This document shows, piece by piece, positions 1 through 10,066 of a stretch of 64,000 bases of DNA; the stretch's first letter is position 1, and every line of letters begins with the position of its first letter. The stretch is from NCBI GenBank assembly GCA_964347305.1, contig CAYFYC010000004.1, forward strand, positions 12,784 to 76,783, written 5' to 3'. The stretch comes from an uncultured Acidimicrobiaceae bacterium (lineage in GTDB: Bacteria; Actinomycetota; Acidimicrobiia; Spongiisociales; UBA5794). Both the position numbers and the translations under genes were made by a program. The notes under the pieces were generated by a model. It did not search any database. It was not told where the DNA came from and saw only the letters and a program-made list of their open reading frames with translations.

Positions 1-424
1 GATCTCGGAGGAAGGCATCATCGCCATCGTCAACGAGGAGACGAGTGTCGACACCCAGATGGCCACGCTCGTCGGCATCCGAGTCTCCGGCGGCAACAAC
101 CAGGTGCCAGTGGCGACCGTCGACATCCGCCGCGGCGACGAGATCGCGTCGTACGAGGCGGAGGGCGACGGCATGGTCAACGCCGCCTTCGTCGCCATCC
201 AGGACGCCTTCGCCCTCCCTGCGACGCTGATCGACTACCGGGTGAGCCCGCTCACGGCGGGTGCGGATGCGATGGCGCAGGTCAGTGTGATCATCCAGAT
301 CGGACCGGAGACATACTCCGGCAGCGGTGTCTCCACGGACGTCGTCGAGGGATCGGCACGTGCCTTCGTGGCTGCGATGAACAAGAGGGTCGGCGCAGTG
401 GTGGCGACCGACGACGAGGCGTGA
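1..424 (+). CDS. C-terminal part of a 2-isopropylmalate/citramalate synthase family protein (LeuA_dimer regulatory domain); 5' end lies outside the window
   Basis: Frame 2 is open from the window edge. The residues ...[50 protein letters not shown] resemble the LeuA/CimA C-terminal domain. The stop overlaps the leuB start (GTGA at 421-424). Confidence 0.7.
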   Translation, partial: ISEEGIIAIVNEETSVDTQMATLVGIRVSGGNNQVPVATVDIRRGDEIASYEAEGDGMVNAAFVAIQDAFALPATLIDYRVSPLTAGADAMAQVSVIIQIGPETYSGSGVSTDVVEGSARAFVAAMNKRVGAVVATDDEA

Positions 425-1494
425 CCACGTTCGTCCTCCTTCCCGGGGACGGCATCGGTCCCGAGGTCACGGCGGAGGCGCGCAAGATCCTCGAGCAGGT
501 CGGGGCGCTTCACGGGCACCAGTTCGCCTTCGACGTGCGGCCGATGGGCGGCAATGCCATCGACGACTACGGCGATCCGCTGCCAGCGAGCACGCTCGCC
601 GCGTGCCGGGAGGCCGACGCCGTGCTGCTCGGCGCCGTCGGTGGGCCGAAGTGGGACGATCCCGACGCCAAGACCCGCCCCGAGGCGGGGCTGCTCCAGC
701 TTCGCAAGGAGCTCGGGCTCTTCGCCAACCTGCGACCCGTCACGGCGTTCGACGAGCTCGTCGGAGCTTCCCCGCTGCGCCGCGAGATCGTCACGGGCGT
801 CGACATCCTGTTCTTCCGTGAGCTGACCGGAGGCATCTACTTCGGCGAGCAGCGCCTGTCCGACGACGGGACCGTGGCGCACTCGACGATGACCTATTCC
901 GTCCCCGAGGTCGAGCGGATCGTCCGCATGGCGGCCGAAGCAGCCCGCCTTCGCCGCAACAAGCTCACCTCGGTGGACAAGGCCAACGTCCTCGAGGTGT
1001 CGCGTCTGTGGCGGCGGACGGCGGCACGGGTCATGACCGAGGAGTTCCCGGACGTCGAGTACGAGGTCGTGCTCGTCGACGCCATGGCGATGCACCTCAT
1101 CTCGCGGCCCCGCGACTTCGATGTCGTGGTGACCGGCAACCTCTTCGGTGACATCCTCACGGACGAGGCATCCATGCTCCCGGGGTCGATGGGCATGCTG
1201 CCCTCGGCCAGCCTGGGCGACCCGGGACCCGGGGTCTACGAGCCGATCCACGGTTCGGCACCCGACATCGCGGGACGTGGCGTCGCCAACCCGCTGGCGA
1301 TGATCCTGGCAGCCGCCCTCGCCCTCCGTCACTCCCTGGATCTGGACCACGAGGCGTCGGCGGTCGAGGCGGCTGTGGCCACCGTGCTCGGCAACGGGCT
1401 ACGGACCGCCGACATCGCCGCAGGAGGTCCGGCACTCTCGACGTCGGCGATGGGGGATGCCGTCGTCGACGCACTACTCACTGCGGGGGCGTGA
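421..1494 (+). CDS. leuB: 3-isopropylmalate dehydrogenase
   Basis: 357 aa. The N-terminus [11 protein letters not shown] and the motif [26 protein letters not shown] are typical of the IMDH/ICDH family. It is coupled to the upstream leuA-like gene. Confidence 0.93.
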   Translation: MTTFVLLPGDGIGPEVTAEARKILEQVGALHGHQFAFDVRPMGGNAIDDYGDPLPASTLAACREADAVLLGAVGGPKWDDPDAKTRPEAGLLQLRKELGLFANLRPVTAFDELVGASPLRREIVTGVDILFFRELTGGIYFGEQRLSDDGTVAHSTMTYSVPEVERIVRMAAEAARLRRNKLTSVDKANVLEVSRLWRRTAARVMTEEFPDVEYEVVLVDAMAMHLISRPRDFDVVVTGNLFGDILTDEASMLPGSMGMLPSASLGDPGPGVYEPIHGSAPDIAGRGVANPLAMILAAALALRHSLDLDHEASAVEAAVATVLGNGLRTADIAAGGPALSTSAMGDAVVDALLTAGA

Positions 1495-1521
1495 ATCCGG
1501 TTCCCGGATAGCATCGCATTC

Positions 1522-3024
1522 ATGCACCGGCGCCACCTCGTCCTCGCCCTGGTCCTCTCCTTCGCGACCGCAGCGTGTTCCACGGCTTCGCCCGCCACGA
1601 CGACCACTCCGGCATCGACATCCACCTCGTCGGTAGCCCGCACGTCACCGCCGACGACAACGTCGACCCTGGCCACACGAGCCGATGTGCCGCTTCCACC
1701 GGCGCCTGCGGCCGTCACCCTCGGCGTCGGCGACCCCCTCTTCCCGGGCCTGGGCAACCCCGGCTACGACGTCGCCCACTACGACCTGCAGCTCACGTAC
1801 GACCGGGATCAGGAGCTGCTGACGGGCCTCGCCACCATCACGGCCACCGCCACCGAGGGACTCGCGACGTTCAATCTCGATTTCTCGGAGCTGGAGGTGC
1901 TCTCGGTCGCCGTCGACGGCGTTGCAGCTTCCTTCTCCAGGACGGATCTCGATCTGGTCGTTGCACCTTCGTCGCCCATCGCGGGCGGCGACACGTTCGT
2001 CGTCGCCGTCGAGTACTCGGGCACGCCGGAGCCCGTGTTCGACAGCCAGGTCGCCTTCGGATTGGGATGGCTGACGACGCCACGCGGCACGTTCGTGGTG
2101 GCCGAGCCGGCCGCCTCGAACTCGTGGTTCCCCTCCAACGACCACCCAACGGACAAGGCCACGTTCACATTCCGGGTCACCGTGCCGGACGGCACGGTCG
2201 CCATCGCCAACGGAACGCTGGAGGACACGATCACCGACCTCGGGTGGAACACGTGGGTGTGGGAGATGCGGCAACCCATGGCCACCTATCTGGCGACGGT
2301 GGTCACGGGACCGTATGACATCAGCCTGGACGCCGCATCGTCGGACCTGTCAGGCGTCACCGTCCGCAATGCCGTGTTCTCGGGCGACACGGTCTCGCCG
2401 GAGCTGGATCGCCAGGGCGAGATCATCGCCTTCTTCTCGGAGTTGTTCGGGCCCTACCCGTTCGATGCCTATGGCATCGTCGTCGTGGAAGGTCTCGCCG
2501 CGGCTCTGGAGACGCAGACGTTCAGCGTGTTCGGCGACGTCGTCGTACAGGGACCGGGCTTCGAGCGGATACTGGTGCACGAGATCGTCCACCAGTGGTT
2601 CGGCAATCTCGTCTCGCCCGGCTCGTGGCGTGACACGTGGCTCAACGAGGGATTCGCCTCCTATGGCGAATGGCTGTGGTTCGAGAAGCAGGAGGGTCGG
2701 GCGATGCTGGAGCGTGCGATCCGTGAGGAGCGAGATCGACTCGCCGAGCACGTGCCGACACCGCCGGCGCAGCCATCCGTCGACGAGCTGTTCGGGGAGT
2801 CGGTGTATCGGGTGGGGGCGATGGCGCTCCATGCGTTGCGGCTCGAAGTGGGCGACGACGTCTTCTTCACGATCCTCCGCACCCATCTCGACCGGTTCGC
2901 CTTCTCTTCGGCGACCACGGCCGACTTCATCACCGTGGCCGAAGAGGTGTCGGATCGCGATCTCGGGGCGTTCTTCGATGCCTGGCTCTTCCAACCGGGC
3001 ATTCCCGACTTCCCGGACGCCTGA
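1522..3024 (+). CDS. M1-family zinc aminopeptidase with a lipoprotein-type signal
   Basis: HEIVHQWFGN...WLNEGFASY matches the HExxH-X18-E gluzincin motif. The N-terminus LVLSFATAAC looks like a lipobox and is followed by a Thr/Ser/Pro linker. Confidence 0.85.
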   Translation: MHRRHLVLALVLSFATAACSTASPATTTTPASTSTSSVARTSPPTTTSTLATRADVPLPPAPAAVTLGVGDPLFPGLGNPGYDVAHYDLQLTYDRDQELLTGLATITATATEGLATFNLDFSELEVLSVAVDGVAASFSRTDLDLVVAPSSPIAGGDTFVVAVEYSGTPEPVFDSQVAFGLGWLTTPRGTFVVAEPAASNSWFPSNDHPTDKATFTFRVTVPDGTVAIANGTLEDTITDLGWNTWVWEMRQPMATYLATVVTGPYDISLDAASSDLSGVTVRNAVFSGDTVSPELDRQGEIIAFFSELFGPYPFDAYGIVVVEGLAAALETQTFSVFGDVVVQGPGFERILVHEIVHQWFGNLVSPGSWRDTWLNEGFASYGEWLWFEKQEGRAMLERAIREERDRLAEHVPTPPAQPSVDELFGESVYRVGAMALHALRLEVGDDVFFTILRTHLDRFAFSSATTADFITVAEEVSDRDLGAFFDAWLFQPGIPDFPDA

Positions 3025-3026
3025 GC

Positions 3027-3731
3027 TCAGATCACGTCGGTCGCCTCGAGGATCAACGCTGCGAGGTTGTAGGCCCCGTGAAAGGTGATCCCCGCCACGA
3101 CCCAGCCCTGTCCGACGCGCAGCGACGGCACCGAACCGGTTCGAGTGGAGTGCAGCCACGAGGCGCGCAATCCGATGCCGACGAGCAGCGAGGAGACGCC
3201 ATGCACGAGGGGACCGAAGATCCACCGCCAGCGGATGATCTCCGGCGTCGGGTCCGGGATGTACACGTTCAGATAGATCCAGTTCTCGATGACGGCGAAG
3301 CCGAGGCCGCCTGCGACCGTCATCACCGGGATGACCCATGAGGCCGGCACGAGCCACGGGTACCGCTCCACGAGAACGACGGGACCGATCGCTTTCGTGA
3401 TCTCCTCGACCGCCGGGCCGAGAAACACGACGGCGAGCACCCCGAACAACGTGAACTGGGCCGTCACCGCGCTCAGCGCACCGAGAATCCCGAACGGTCC
3501 TGCGAGCAGCACGACCCCGACGACGGCGATCCATTGCACTGCGGGCCGCACCGCTGCGGACCGCTGCTCCAGCAGGTCGGCAAACGAGCCGACGGACGCG
3601 CCGCTCCGGGCGAGCGCCGGTTCGTCGCCGGCCTGGCCGATGGGTCGGGCCCCATAGGTGTCCTGGTAGCTGGCCCCCAGGGCAGGCTCTCCCTCGATGC
3701 CGGGAGCGCCCAGCTTTCGTTCGTCGGCCAC
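3027..3731 (-). CDS. PrsW-family intramembrane metalloprotease-like membrane protein
   Basis: Multi-TM protein with VEEITKAIG (EExxK-type) and FHGAYN (HxxxN-type) motifs, as in PrsW proteases. It lies 2 nt downstream of the YbjQ-like gene. Confidence 0.6.
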   Translation of the reverse strand: MADERKLGAPGIEGEPALGASYQDTYGARPIGQAGDEPALARSGASVGSFADLLEQRSAAVRPAVQWIAVVGVVLLAGPFGILGALSAVTAQFTLFGVLAVVFLGPAVEEITKAIGPVVLVERYPWLVPASWVIPVMTVAGGLGFAVIENWIYLNVYIPDPTPEIIRWRWIFGPLVHGVSSLLVGIGLRASWLHSTRTGSVPSLRVGQGWVVAGITFHGAYNLAALILEATDVI

Positions 3732-3733
3732 GC

Positions 3734-4177
3734 TCAGCTCGAGAGTGCGGTGCCGTAGGCCACGACCTCCGACACGGGAGCCTGGCCACCCCCGATGTCG
3801 CTCGTCTCCAACCGCACGTTGATCACCGAATGTGCACCACGGGCTTCGGCGTCCTCGAGCATGCGAACCAGCGCCTGCCGCCGGGCCCGCGCCAGCATCG
3901 TGCCGAGCGACTTGACCTCTCCGCCGACGATGGCACGCAACGACGAGGCGAACGTCTTGTAGTAGTCGGAGGCGATCACCGCCTCTCCGAAGACGATGAC
4001 GGCGCCCCGCACATCGCTCCGGCTCTCGAGGTCGTCGAGGTCGTGGACGATGAGGTGGCTCAGTGCTCGCTCGCGCTCCTCGAGCTCCCGGAAGTGGGAG
4101 CGCTCGCGACTACGACCCACGAGATAGCCGCCGACGATGAGCACCAGCGGGATCCCGATCGTGAGCCACAGCTCCAT
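3734..4177 (-). CDS. YbjQ/UPF0145 family protein with an N-terminal transmembrane helix
   Basis: N-terminal hydrophobic segment MELWLTIGIPLVLIVGGYLVG. The C-terminal half (ALVRMLEDAEARGAHSVINVRLETSDIGG...VVAYGTA) parallels the neighbouring YbjQ paralogue. Confidence 0.7.
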   Translation of the reverse strand: MELWLTIGIPLVLIVGGYLVGRSRERSHFRELEERERALSHLIVHDLDDLESRSDVRGAVIVFGEAVIASDYYKTFASSLRAIVGGEVKSLGTMLARARRQALVRMLEDAEARGAHSVINVRLETSDIGGGQAPVSEVVAYGTALSS

Positions 4178-4500
4178 CAGACCGTGCGCTCCACGATGGC
4201 GGCGGTGCCGTAGGCGTAGAGCTCGGCGGCGCCGCCGGCGACCGCGGAGGTGGTGAATCGGACGTTCAACACGGCGTTGGCCCCCAGGGCATCCGCCTGA
4301 TCGAGCATGCGCTGCAGCGCCTCGCGACGGGCTTCGGTCAGCAACTCGGTGTAGGCCTTGAGCTCACCGCCGACGAGGTTCTTGAGGCCTGCGCCGATGT
4401 CTCGACCGATGTTCTTGGCGCGGATGGTGTTGCCCTGGACGAGACCTCTCACCTCCGTGATCCGGTGACCGGGCACCGTCTCGGTGTTCACGACGATCAT
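4177..4500 (-). CDS. YbjQ/UPF0145 family (putative heavy-metal-binding) protein
   Basis: 107 aa with the typical family sequence VNTETVPGHRITEVRGLV...GGELKAYTELLTEARREALQRM...GANAVLNVRF...YGTA. It overlaps the next gene by 1 nt. Confidence 0.85.
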   Translation of the reverse strand: MIVVNTETVPGHRITEVRGLVQGNTIRAKNIGRDIGAGLKNLVGGELKAYTELLTEARREALQRMLDQADALGANAVLNVRFTTSAVAGGAAELYAYGTAAIVERTV

Positions 4501-4598
4501 GTGTTCCCTGCTCTCGAAGCGACGATCTCCACCGAGGATACCGGCGAATGCGGCGTGCGCCCGCTGTAGGGTCGCGCCGACACCGAGAGGGAGCGTAC

Positions 4599-6050
4599 GT
4601 GAGCGGACAGGCAGACATCGGCGTCATCGGACTCGCCGTCATGGGCCGCAATCTCATCATGAACATGAACGATCACGGCTTCACCGTGGCGGCCTACAAC
4701 CGCACCACCTCCAGGGTCGACGAGTTCCTCGAGGGAGAGGCTGCGGGGACCTCGGTGATCGGCGCGAGAACACTCGAAGAACTCGTCGGTGCGCTCGCAA
4801 CGCCACGGCGCGTCATGCTGATGATCAAGGCAGGCTCGCCCGTCGACGAGGCCATCGACAGCCTCCTCGAGTTGCTCGACGAGGGCGACATCATCATCGA
4901 TGGCGGCAACTCGCTCTTCTCCGACACCATCGCTCGCACCTCGCGGGTCGAGGCGGCTGGAATGCGATACGTCGGCGCAGGCGTGTCGGGTGGCGAAGAG
5001 GGGGCCCGCAACGGGCCTTCGATCATGCCGGGCGGCTCGGCGGAGGCGTGGGAACACATCAGGCCGATCCTGCAAGGCATCGCTGCAGAGGTGGACGACA
5101 CACCGTGTTGCGACTGGGTCGGACCCGACGGCGCCGGCCACTACGTGAAGATGGTGCACAACGGCATCGAGTACGGCGACATGCAGGTGATCGCCGAAGC
5201 CTATGACCTCATGCACCGTGGGATGGGGATGAGCCACGAGGCGATGGCCGACGTGTTCGCTGATTGGGACACGGGGAAGCTCGACTCCTACCTCATCGAG
5301 ATCACGGCAGACATCATGCGGCACCGGGACACGGACGGTGCGCCGCTCCTCGAGAAGATCCTCGACGCCGCCGGACAGAAGGGCACCGGGAAGTGGACGG
5401 TCATCTCGTCGATGCAACTGGGTCAACCGGTCACCCTGGTCGCAGAGGCGGTCTACGGTCGCATCGTGTCGGCATTGTGGGAGCAACGCCAGCAGGCCGC
5501 GACGAGACTCGGTGATCGGATCGAGCGGCTCGAGGGCGACGAGGAGGACCTCCTGTCGGATCTCCACGATGCGCTCTACGCGTCGAAGATCGTCTCGTAT
5601 GCGCAGGGCTTCATGCTCATGGCTGCGGCCGCTCGAGAACACGACTGGGATCTCGACTTCGGGTCCATCGCCTCGATGTGGCGTGGCGGGTGCATCATCC
5701 GCAGCAGATTCCTCGGCGACATCATGACCGCCTACCGCGAGACACCGGACCTCGAGAGCCTGCTCGTGAGCGACTTCTTCTCAGGCGAGGTCGCTGCTGC
5801 CGTCCCCGGCTGGCGCCGGACCGTCGTGCGCGGCATCGAGGCCGGTATCCCGGTACCTGCGTACGCGAGCGCGCTGGCGTTCTTCGACGGCTACCGATCT
5901 CGCAAAGTGCCTGCCAACCTCGTCCAGGCGCAGCGGGACTACTTCGGCGCCCACACCTACGAGCGCATCGACGCCCCCCGCGGCGAGTTCTTCCACACCA
6001 ACTGGACCGGCGAGGGCGGAGACGTCTCGGCATCGAGCTACTCGGTCTGA
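4599..6050 (+). CDS. gnd: 6-phosphogluconate dehydrogenase, decarboxylating
   Basis: IGVIGLAVMGRNLIMNM Rossmann N-terminus, GGNSLFSDT, HNGIEYGDMQ, QAQRDYFGAHTYERID. The start is placed at the GTG at 4599 rather than the upstream track start at 4548. Confidence 0.93.
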   Translation: MSGQADIGVIGLAVMGRNLIMNMNDHGFTVAAYNRTTSRVDEFLEGEAAGTSVIGARTLEELVGALATPRRVMLMIKAGSPVDEAIDSLLELLDEGDIIIDGGNSLFSDTIARTSRVEAAGMRYVGAGVSGGEEGARNGPSIMPGGSAEAWEHIRPILQGIAAEVDDTPCCDWVGPDGAGHYVKMVHNGIEYGDMQVIAEAYDLMHRGMGMSHEAMADVFADWDTGKLDSYLIEITADIMRHRDTDGAPLLEKILDAAGQKGTGKWTVISSMQLGQPVTLVAEAVYGRIVSALWEQRQQAATRLGDRIERLEGDEEDLLSDLHDALYASKIVSYAQGFMLMAAAAREHDWDLDFGSIASMWRGGCIIRSRFLGDIMTAYRETPDLESLLVSDFFSGEVAAAVPGWRRTVVRGIEAGIPVPAYASALAFFDGYRSRKVPANLVQAQRDYFGAHTYERIDAPRGEFFHTNWTGEGGDVSASSYSV

Positions 6051-6086
6051 GGCATACAGCGACGAGACCGTTCTAGTCTCGGTGGG

Positions 6087-6959
6087 GTGAACACGCCGCC
6101 ACATGTCCTCGTCGCGCTCATCACGGCCTTCGACGCCGGCGGGGAGATCGCGCTCGACGATCACGCCCACAACGTCGCCCATCTCGTGGAGCGCGGCATC
6201 AGCGGCCTCCTGATCGGGGGCTCGACCGGGGAGGGACCGTATCTCGAACCGGGTGAGCGGACGATCCTCGTGTCCAGAGCTCGACAGGTGGCCGGCAACG
6301 AGGCGTACATCGTCGGCGCCACTGCCGCCCAGAGCACCCGACTCGCCCGTGGTCAGATCTTCGAGATCGCCGAGGGAGGCGCAGACGCTGCGCTCGTGCT
6401 CACGCCGACGTCGCTGATCAGAGGCAACCACGCAGCCGTTCACCAGTTCTTCGCCGAGGTCGCCGACGCATCACCGATTCCGATCCTCATGTATTCCGTG
6501 CCCAGGGTCACCGGCTACGAGCTCCCGGTGGCAGTGATCGCAGCGCTCGCCGGCCACCCCAACGTGATCGGCCTCAAGGACAGCGGGGGACGGCCCTACC
6601 GGATGCAGGAAGTCGCCAGGAGCGTCGATCCGGCCTTCTTCCAGTTCGCAGGCGCCAGTGCCGCCATCGCTTCGAGCATCGCCGGAGGCGGCTACGGATC
6701 GATCACGGCCTCGACGAACTACCTCCCGGAACAGATCGACCGACTCGTCACGATGGCCCGGAACGGCGACCGTGAGCTCGAGTCGCGCCAGGTCGCCGTC
6801 ACCACGATCACCAAGGTCGTCGAAGCCCACGGCGTCGTCGGGACCAAGGCGGCGGCAGTGATCTCGGGCATGCGGAGCGCTCGCGTGCGCCGCCCGCTCA
6901 TGCAGCTCGACCAGGCCGCCTTCGAGGAGATCAGGCGCGTGGTGCCCCGCACCGCGTGA
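6087..6959 (+). CDS. DapA/N-acetylneuraminate lyase family class I aldolase (dihydrodipicolinate synthase-like)
   Basis: LIGGSTGEGPYL, YSVPRVTGYEL and the GLKDSGG active-site-Lys region are typical of the DHDPS family. The substrate cannot be assigned. Confidence 0.8.
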   Translation: MNTPPHVLVALITAFDAGGEIALDDHAHNVAHLVERGISGLLIGGSTGEGPYLEPGERTILVSRARQVAGNEAYIVGATAAQSTRLARGQIFEIAEGGADAALVLTPTSLIRGNHAAVHQFFAEVADASPIPILMYSVPRVTGYELPVAVIAALAGHPNVIGLKDSGGRPYRMQEVARSVDPAFFQFAGASAAIASSIAGGGYGSITASTNYLPEQIDRLVTMARNGDRELESRQVAVTTITKVVEAHGVVGTKAAAVISGMRSARVRRPLMQLDQAAFEEIRRVVPRTA

Positions 6960-6961
6960 GC

Positions 6962-7237
6962 TCAGTCGAGACCGATCGCCAACCGCTTGCCGGCGGCCAC
7001 GGCACCCCTCGCCTCTGCCACCAACGAGCCCGCGTCGAGCGTTTCCCACGAGGCCCTCGATGTGATGAGCGCCGATCGCATGAGCAGCAGCGCTTCCGCC
7101 TCCCCCACCTCGGCGCCGGCCGCCGCCTCGAGCCGTTCCGCACTCGACGGGTCGACAGACACGAGCGCCGCGGCGACCCGCAATGTGACGGTTCGGATCC
7201 GATCCAACGACCACTCGGGATCGGCGGCGGTGCTCAT
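6962..7237 (-). CDS. Hypothetical small helical protein (uncertain gene)
   Basis: It is the only ORF filling the gap between the dapA-like gene and pntAA. Third codon positions look GC-rich in this frame. I recognise no family. Confidence 0.3.
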   Translation of the reverse strand: MSTAADPEWSLDRIRTVTLRVAAALVSVDPSSAERLEAAAGAEVGEAEALLLMRSALITSRASWETLDAGSLVAEARGAVAAGKRLAIGLD

Positions 7238-7302
7238 GACCGAAGTATGCCGCAGCCGGATGGTCGATGGGAGGCGCGCCAACGTCGCTAACGTCGCCGC
7301 CG

Positions 7303-8424
7303 ATGAAGATCGGTGTCACCAAGGAGTCGGCCCCCGGGGAACGGCGAGTGGCGGCCACGCCCGACAGCGTGGGTGCGCTCGCCACGCTCGGCGCAGAGGT
7401 CGTCGTTTCCTCCGGTGCAGGCACGGACGCGGGCTTTGCAGACGAGGCCTACGTCGCCTCCGGTGCGTCGATCGCCGACGCCGCCGCAGTGCTCGACTCG
7501 GACATCGTGCTGACGGTCGGACACGTCGAACCGTCGTTGGTCACCGCCATGCGCCGCGGTGCCGCGATCGTCGGGTTCCTCGACCCCTTCGTCGACGCTT
7601 CGCTCATGGCCGCCGCAGTAGATGCCGGCATCACCGCGCTCGCCATGGAGGCCATCCCCCGCACGACGCTCGCCCAGTCGATGGACGCCCTCTCGTCGCA
7701 GACGAACCTGGCCGGCTATGCCGCCGTGCTCGAGGGTGCCGGTGCTTCCCCGCGTGCACTGCCGATGATGGTCACGGCCGCCGGAACCATCCCTCCTGCC
7801 AAGATCCTGGTCCTCGGTGTCGGCGTCGCCGGTCTCCAGGCGATCGCAACCGCGCGCCGTCTCGGCGCAGTGGTGCACGCCTATGACATCCGCGAGGAGA
7901 CACGCGAACAGGTCGAGAGCCTCGGTGCGAAGTTCGTTGCGGCACCCACCGACAGCGCCGACGAGGGCGGCTACGCCAAGGAGGTCGGTGCCGACACCCA
8001 GGCCCGGCAACACGCCGCACTCGCCCCGTTCGTGGCGGATGCCGATCTCATCGTTTCCACGGCGCAGATCCCGGGCCGGAGAGCCCCTCTGCTCGTGACC
8101 GACGAGATGGTCGCATCGATGCGACCGGGATCCGTGATCGTGGACATGGCCGCCGCCACGGGCGGCAACGTGGAAGGCTCGAGCCCCGATGGAGCGGTCA
8201 CTCGCCATGGTGTCGTGATCCACGGCCCCACGAACCTGCCCTCTCGCGTCGCCACGGATGCGAGCCGGCTCTACGCTCGCAACGTGCTCGAGTTGCTGAA
8301 GCGGGCGATCGTGGACGGACAGCTACAGATCGACCTCGACGACGAGATCATCGGGCAGACGGCCGTGGTCCACGACGGTCGTCCCATCCACTCCCGCACC
8401 GCAACACTCCTGGAGGCACAGTGA
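7303..8424 (+). CDS. pntAA: NAD(P) transhydrogenase subunit alpha, part 1
   Basis: MKIGVTKESAPGERRVAATPDSV N-terminus and VLGVGVAGLQAIATARRLGA Rossmann motif. The start is taken at the ATG at 7303. It is followed by pntAB and pntB. Confidence 0.9.
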   Translation: MKIGVTKESAPGERRVAATPDSVGALATLGAEVVVSSGAGTDAGFADEAYVASGASIADAAAVLDSDIVLTVGHVEPSLVTAMRRGAAIVGFLDPFVDASLMAAAVDAGITALAMEAIPRTTLAQSMDALSSQTNLAGYAAVLEGAGASPRALPMMVTAAGTIPPAKILVLGVGVAGLQAIATARRLGAVVHAYDIREETREQVESLGAKFVAAPTDSADEGGYAKEVGADTQARQHAALAPFVADADLIVSTAQIPGRRAPLLVTDEMVASMRPGSVIVDMAAATGGNVEGSSPDGAVTRHGVVIHGPTNLPSRVATDASRLYARNVLELLKRAIVDGQLQIDLDDEIIGQTAVVHDGRPIHSRTATLLEAQ

Positions 8425-8711
8425 GCCCGGAATTCATCGCCGGCATCGTCGTGTTCGTCCTCGCCGCCTTCGTCGGGCTCGAAGTGATCTCGAAGGTCCC
8501 GCCGACCCTCCACACGCCGCTCATGTCGGGCGCCAACGCAATATCGGGGATCACCATCGTCGGGGCCCTCATCGCCGCAGGCACGGGCGCCGCCACCGCA
8601 GCGACCGTGCTCGGGTTCTTTGCCGTCGTCGCGGCCACGATCAACGTGGTCGGCGGTTTCCTCGTCACCGACCGCATGCTCGAGATGTTCAAGAAACGGC
8701 CCGGCCGATGA
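8421..8711 (+). CDS. pntAB: NAD(P) transhydrogenase subunit alpha, part 2 (membrane)
   Basis: 96-aa hydrophobic protein with 4-nt overlaps to both neighbours. It contains LHTPLMSGANAISGI, typical of PntAB. Confidence 0.85.
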   Translation: MSPEFIAGIVVFVLAAFVGLEVISKVPPTLHTPLMSGANAISGITIVGALIAAGTGAATAATVLGFFAVVAATINVVGGFLVTDRMLEMFKKRPGR

Positions 8712-10066
8712 CGGAGCTGTCCTACCTCGCCGCAGCCGTCCTCTTCATCGTCGGGCTCAAGCAGCTCGGGTCGCCCGGCACGGCGCGACGCGGCAACATC
8801 CTCGCCTCAGCCGGGATGCTGGTCGCGATCGTCGTGGTGCTCGTCGACACGGAAGCGATCTCGTGGGGCGTCGTCCTGGCCGGAGTGATCATCGGCACGG
8901 CGATCGGCGCGGTGCTCGCCCTCCGGGTCCAGATGACGTCGATGCCGGAGCTGGTCGCCGCCTTCAACGGCTTCGGTGGCGCCGCCTCGGCACTGGTCAG
9001 CGCCGCCGAGATCGTCGACACCGACGCCGTGTTCGCCACCGAGACCGGAGTCACGGTGGCACTGTCGATGATCATCGGTGCCATCACGCTGACGGGCAGC
9101 TTCGTGGCGTTTGGCAAGCTGAGCGGGCTCCTGCCCGGCCGCCCGCTGCGTTTCGGCGGTGCGCAGGCACTCAACGCCTCTCTGGCCATCATCGCCCTCG
9201 CCGCCGCGGCGTGGGGCATCGTCGGCGATGCCGCCCTCGGCTACTGGCTCGCCACCGCTGCGGCCCTCGTGCTCGGCGTGCTCGGCGTCACGCCGATCGG
9301 TGGCGCCGACATGCCCGTGGTCATCTCACTGCTCAACTCGATGTCCGGCGTCGCCGCCTCGATGGCCGGGTTCGTGATCGGCAACTCCGCGCTGATCATC
9401 GGTGGCGCTCTGGTGGGAGCAGCCGGCTTCATCCTCACGGTGCAGATGGGCGAGGCGATGAACCGCTCCCTCGCCAACGTGCTCTTCTCGGGCTTCGGGG
9501 CCGTCGTGGCCGCAGCGGAGGGTCTCGAGGACAAGCCGGTCAACCGGGCGACACCCGACGACGTCGCGATCGCGCTGGCCTATGCGGACGACGTCCTGGT
9601 CGTGCCCGGCTACGGCCTCGCCGTGGCCCAGGCGCAGCACGCCGTTCGCGACCTCTCCAAGGCACTCGAAGCTCGCGGCGTGAACGTGGGATACGCCATT
9701 CATCCGGTGGCGGGACGCATGCCGGGCCACATGAACGTGCTGCTCGCCGAAGCCGATGTCCCCTACGACGTCCTCTACGACCTCGACCAATCGAACCCGC
9801 GGTTCCCCCAGACAGACGTGGTGCTGGTTGTCGGCGCCAACGACGTCGTCAACCCGGCGGCCCGCGAGGACGCCGAGTCCCCGATCTACGGGATGCCGGT
9901 GTTGGACGTCGACAAGGCGCACACCGTCGTGGTCGTCAAGCGCAGCCTGTCGCCCGGTTTCGCCGGAATCGACAACCCACTCTTCTACATGGACAACACG
10001 ATGATGCTGTTTGCGGACGGCAAGAAGGCGCTCGAGGACGTCCTCGCCTCGCTCAAGACCGTATGA
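8708..10066 (+). CDS. pntB: NAD(P) transhydrogenase subunit beta
   Basis: 452 aa with an N-terminal multi-TM region and a C-terminal dIII domain (PGYGLAVAQAQH, HPVAGRMPGHMNVLLAEA, VVGANDVVNPAA). Confidence 0.92.
   Translation: MTELSYLAAAVLFIVGLKQLGSPGTARRGNILASAGMLVAIVVVLVDTEAISWGVVLAGVIIGTAIGAVLALRVQMTSMPELVAAFNGFGGAASALVSAAEIVDTDAVFATETGVTVALSMIIGAITLTGSFVAFGKLSGLLPGRPLRFGGAQALNASLAIIALAAAAWGIVGDAALGYWLATAAALVLGVLGVTPIGGADMPVVISLLNSMSGVAASMAGFVIGNSALIIGGALVGAAGFILTVQMGEAMNRSLANVLFSGFGAVVAAAEGLEDKPVNRATPDDVAIALAYADDVLVVPGYGLAVAQAQHAVRDLSKALEARGVNVGYAIHPVAGRMPGHMNVLLAEADVPYDVLYDLDQSNPRFPQTDVVLVVGANDVVNPAAREDAESPIYGMPVLDVDKAHTVVVVKRSLSPGFAGIDNPLFYMDNTMMLFADGKKALEDVLASLKTV

Noticed and set aside
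235-1350. 371-aa minus-strand ORF antisense to leuB
   Set aside because: It has an Arg/Gly/Pro/His-rich composition and no recognisable motifs, and the opposite strand encodes an unmistakable leuB. This is a typical high-GC shadow ORF.
2350-3789. 479-aa minus-strand ORF spanning the aminopeptidase and PrsW-like genes
   Set aside because: It is extremely Arg-rich, crosses a gene boundary, and overlaps two genes with clear family motifs in other frames.
8620-10062. N-terminal 480 aa of the 682-aa ORF 8620..10668
   Set aside because: This part overlaps pntAB/pntB in another frame and is Arg/Gly/Pro junk. Only the last 202 codons (the nitroreductase, from the ATG at 10063) are credible.
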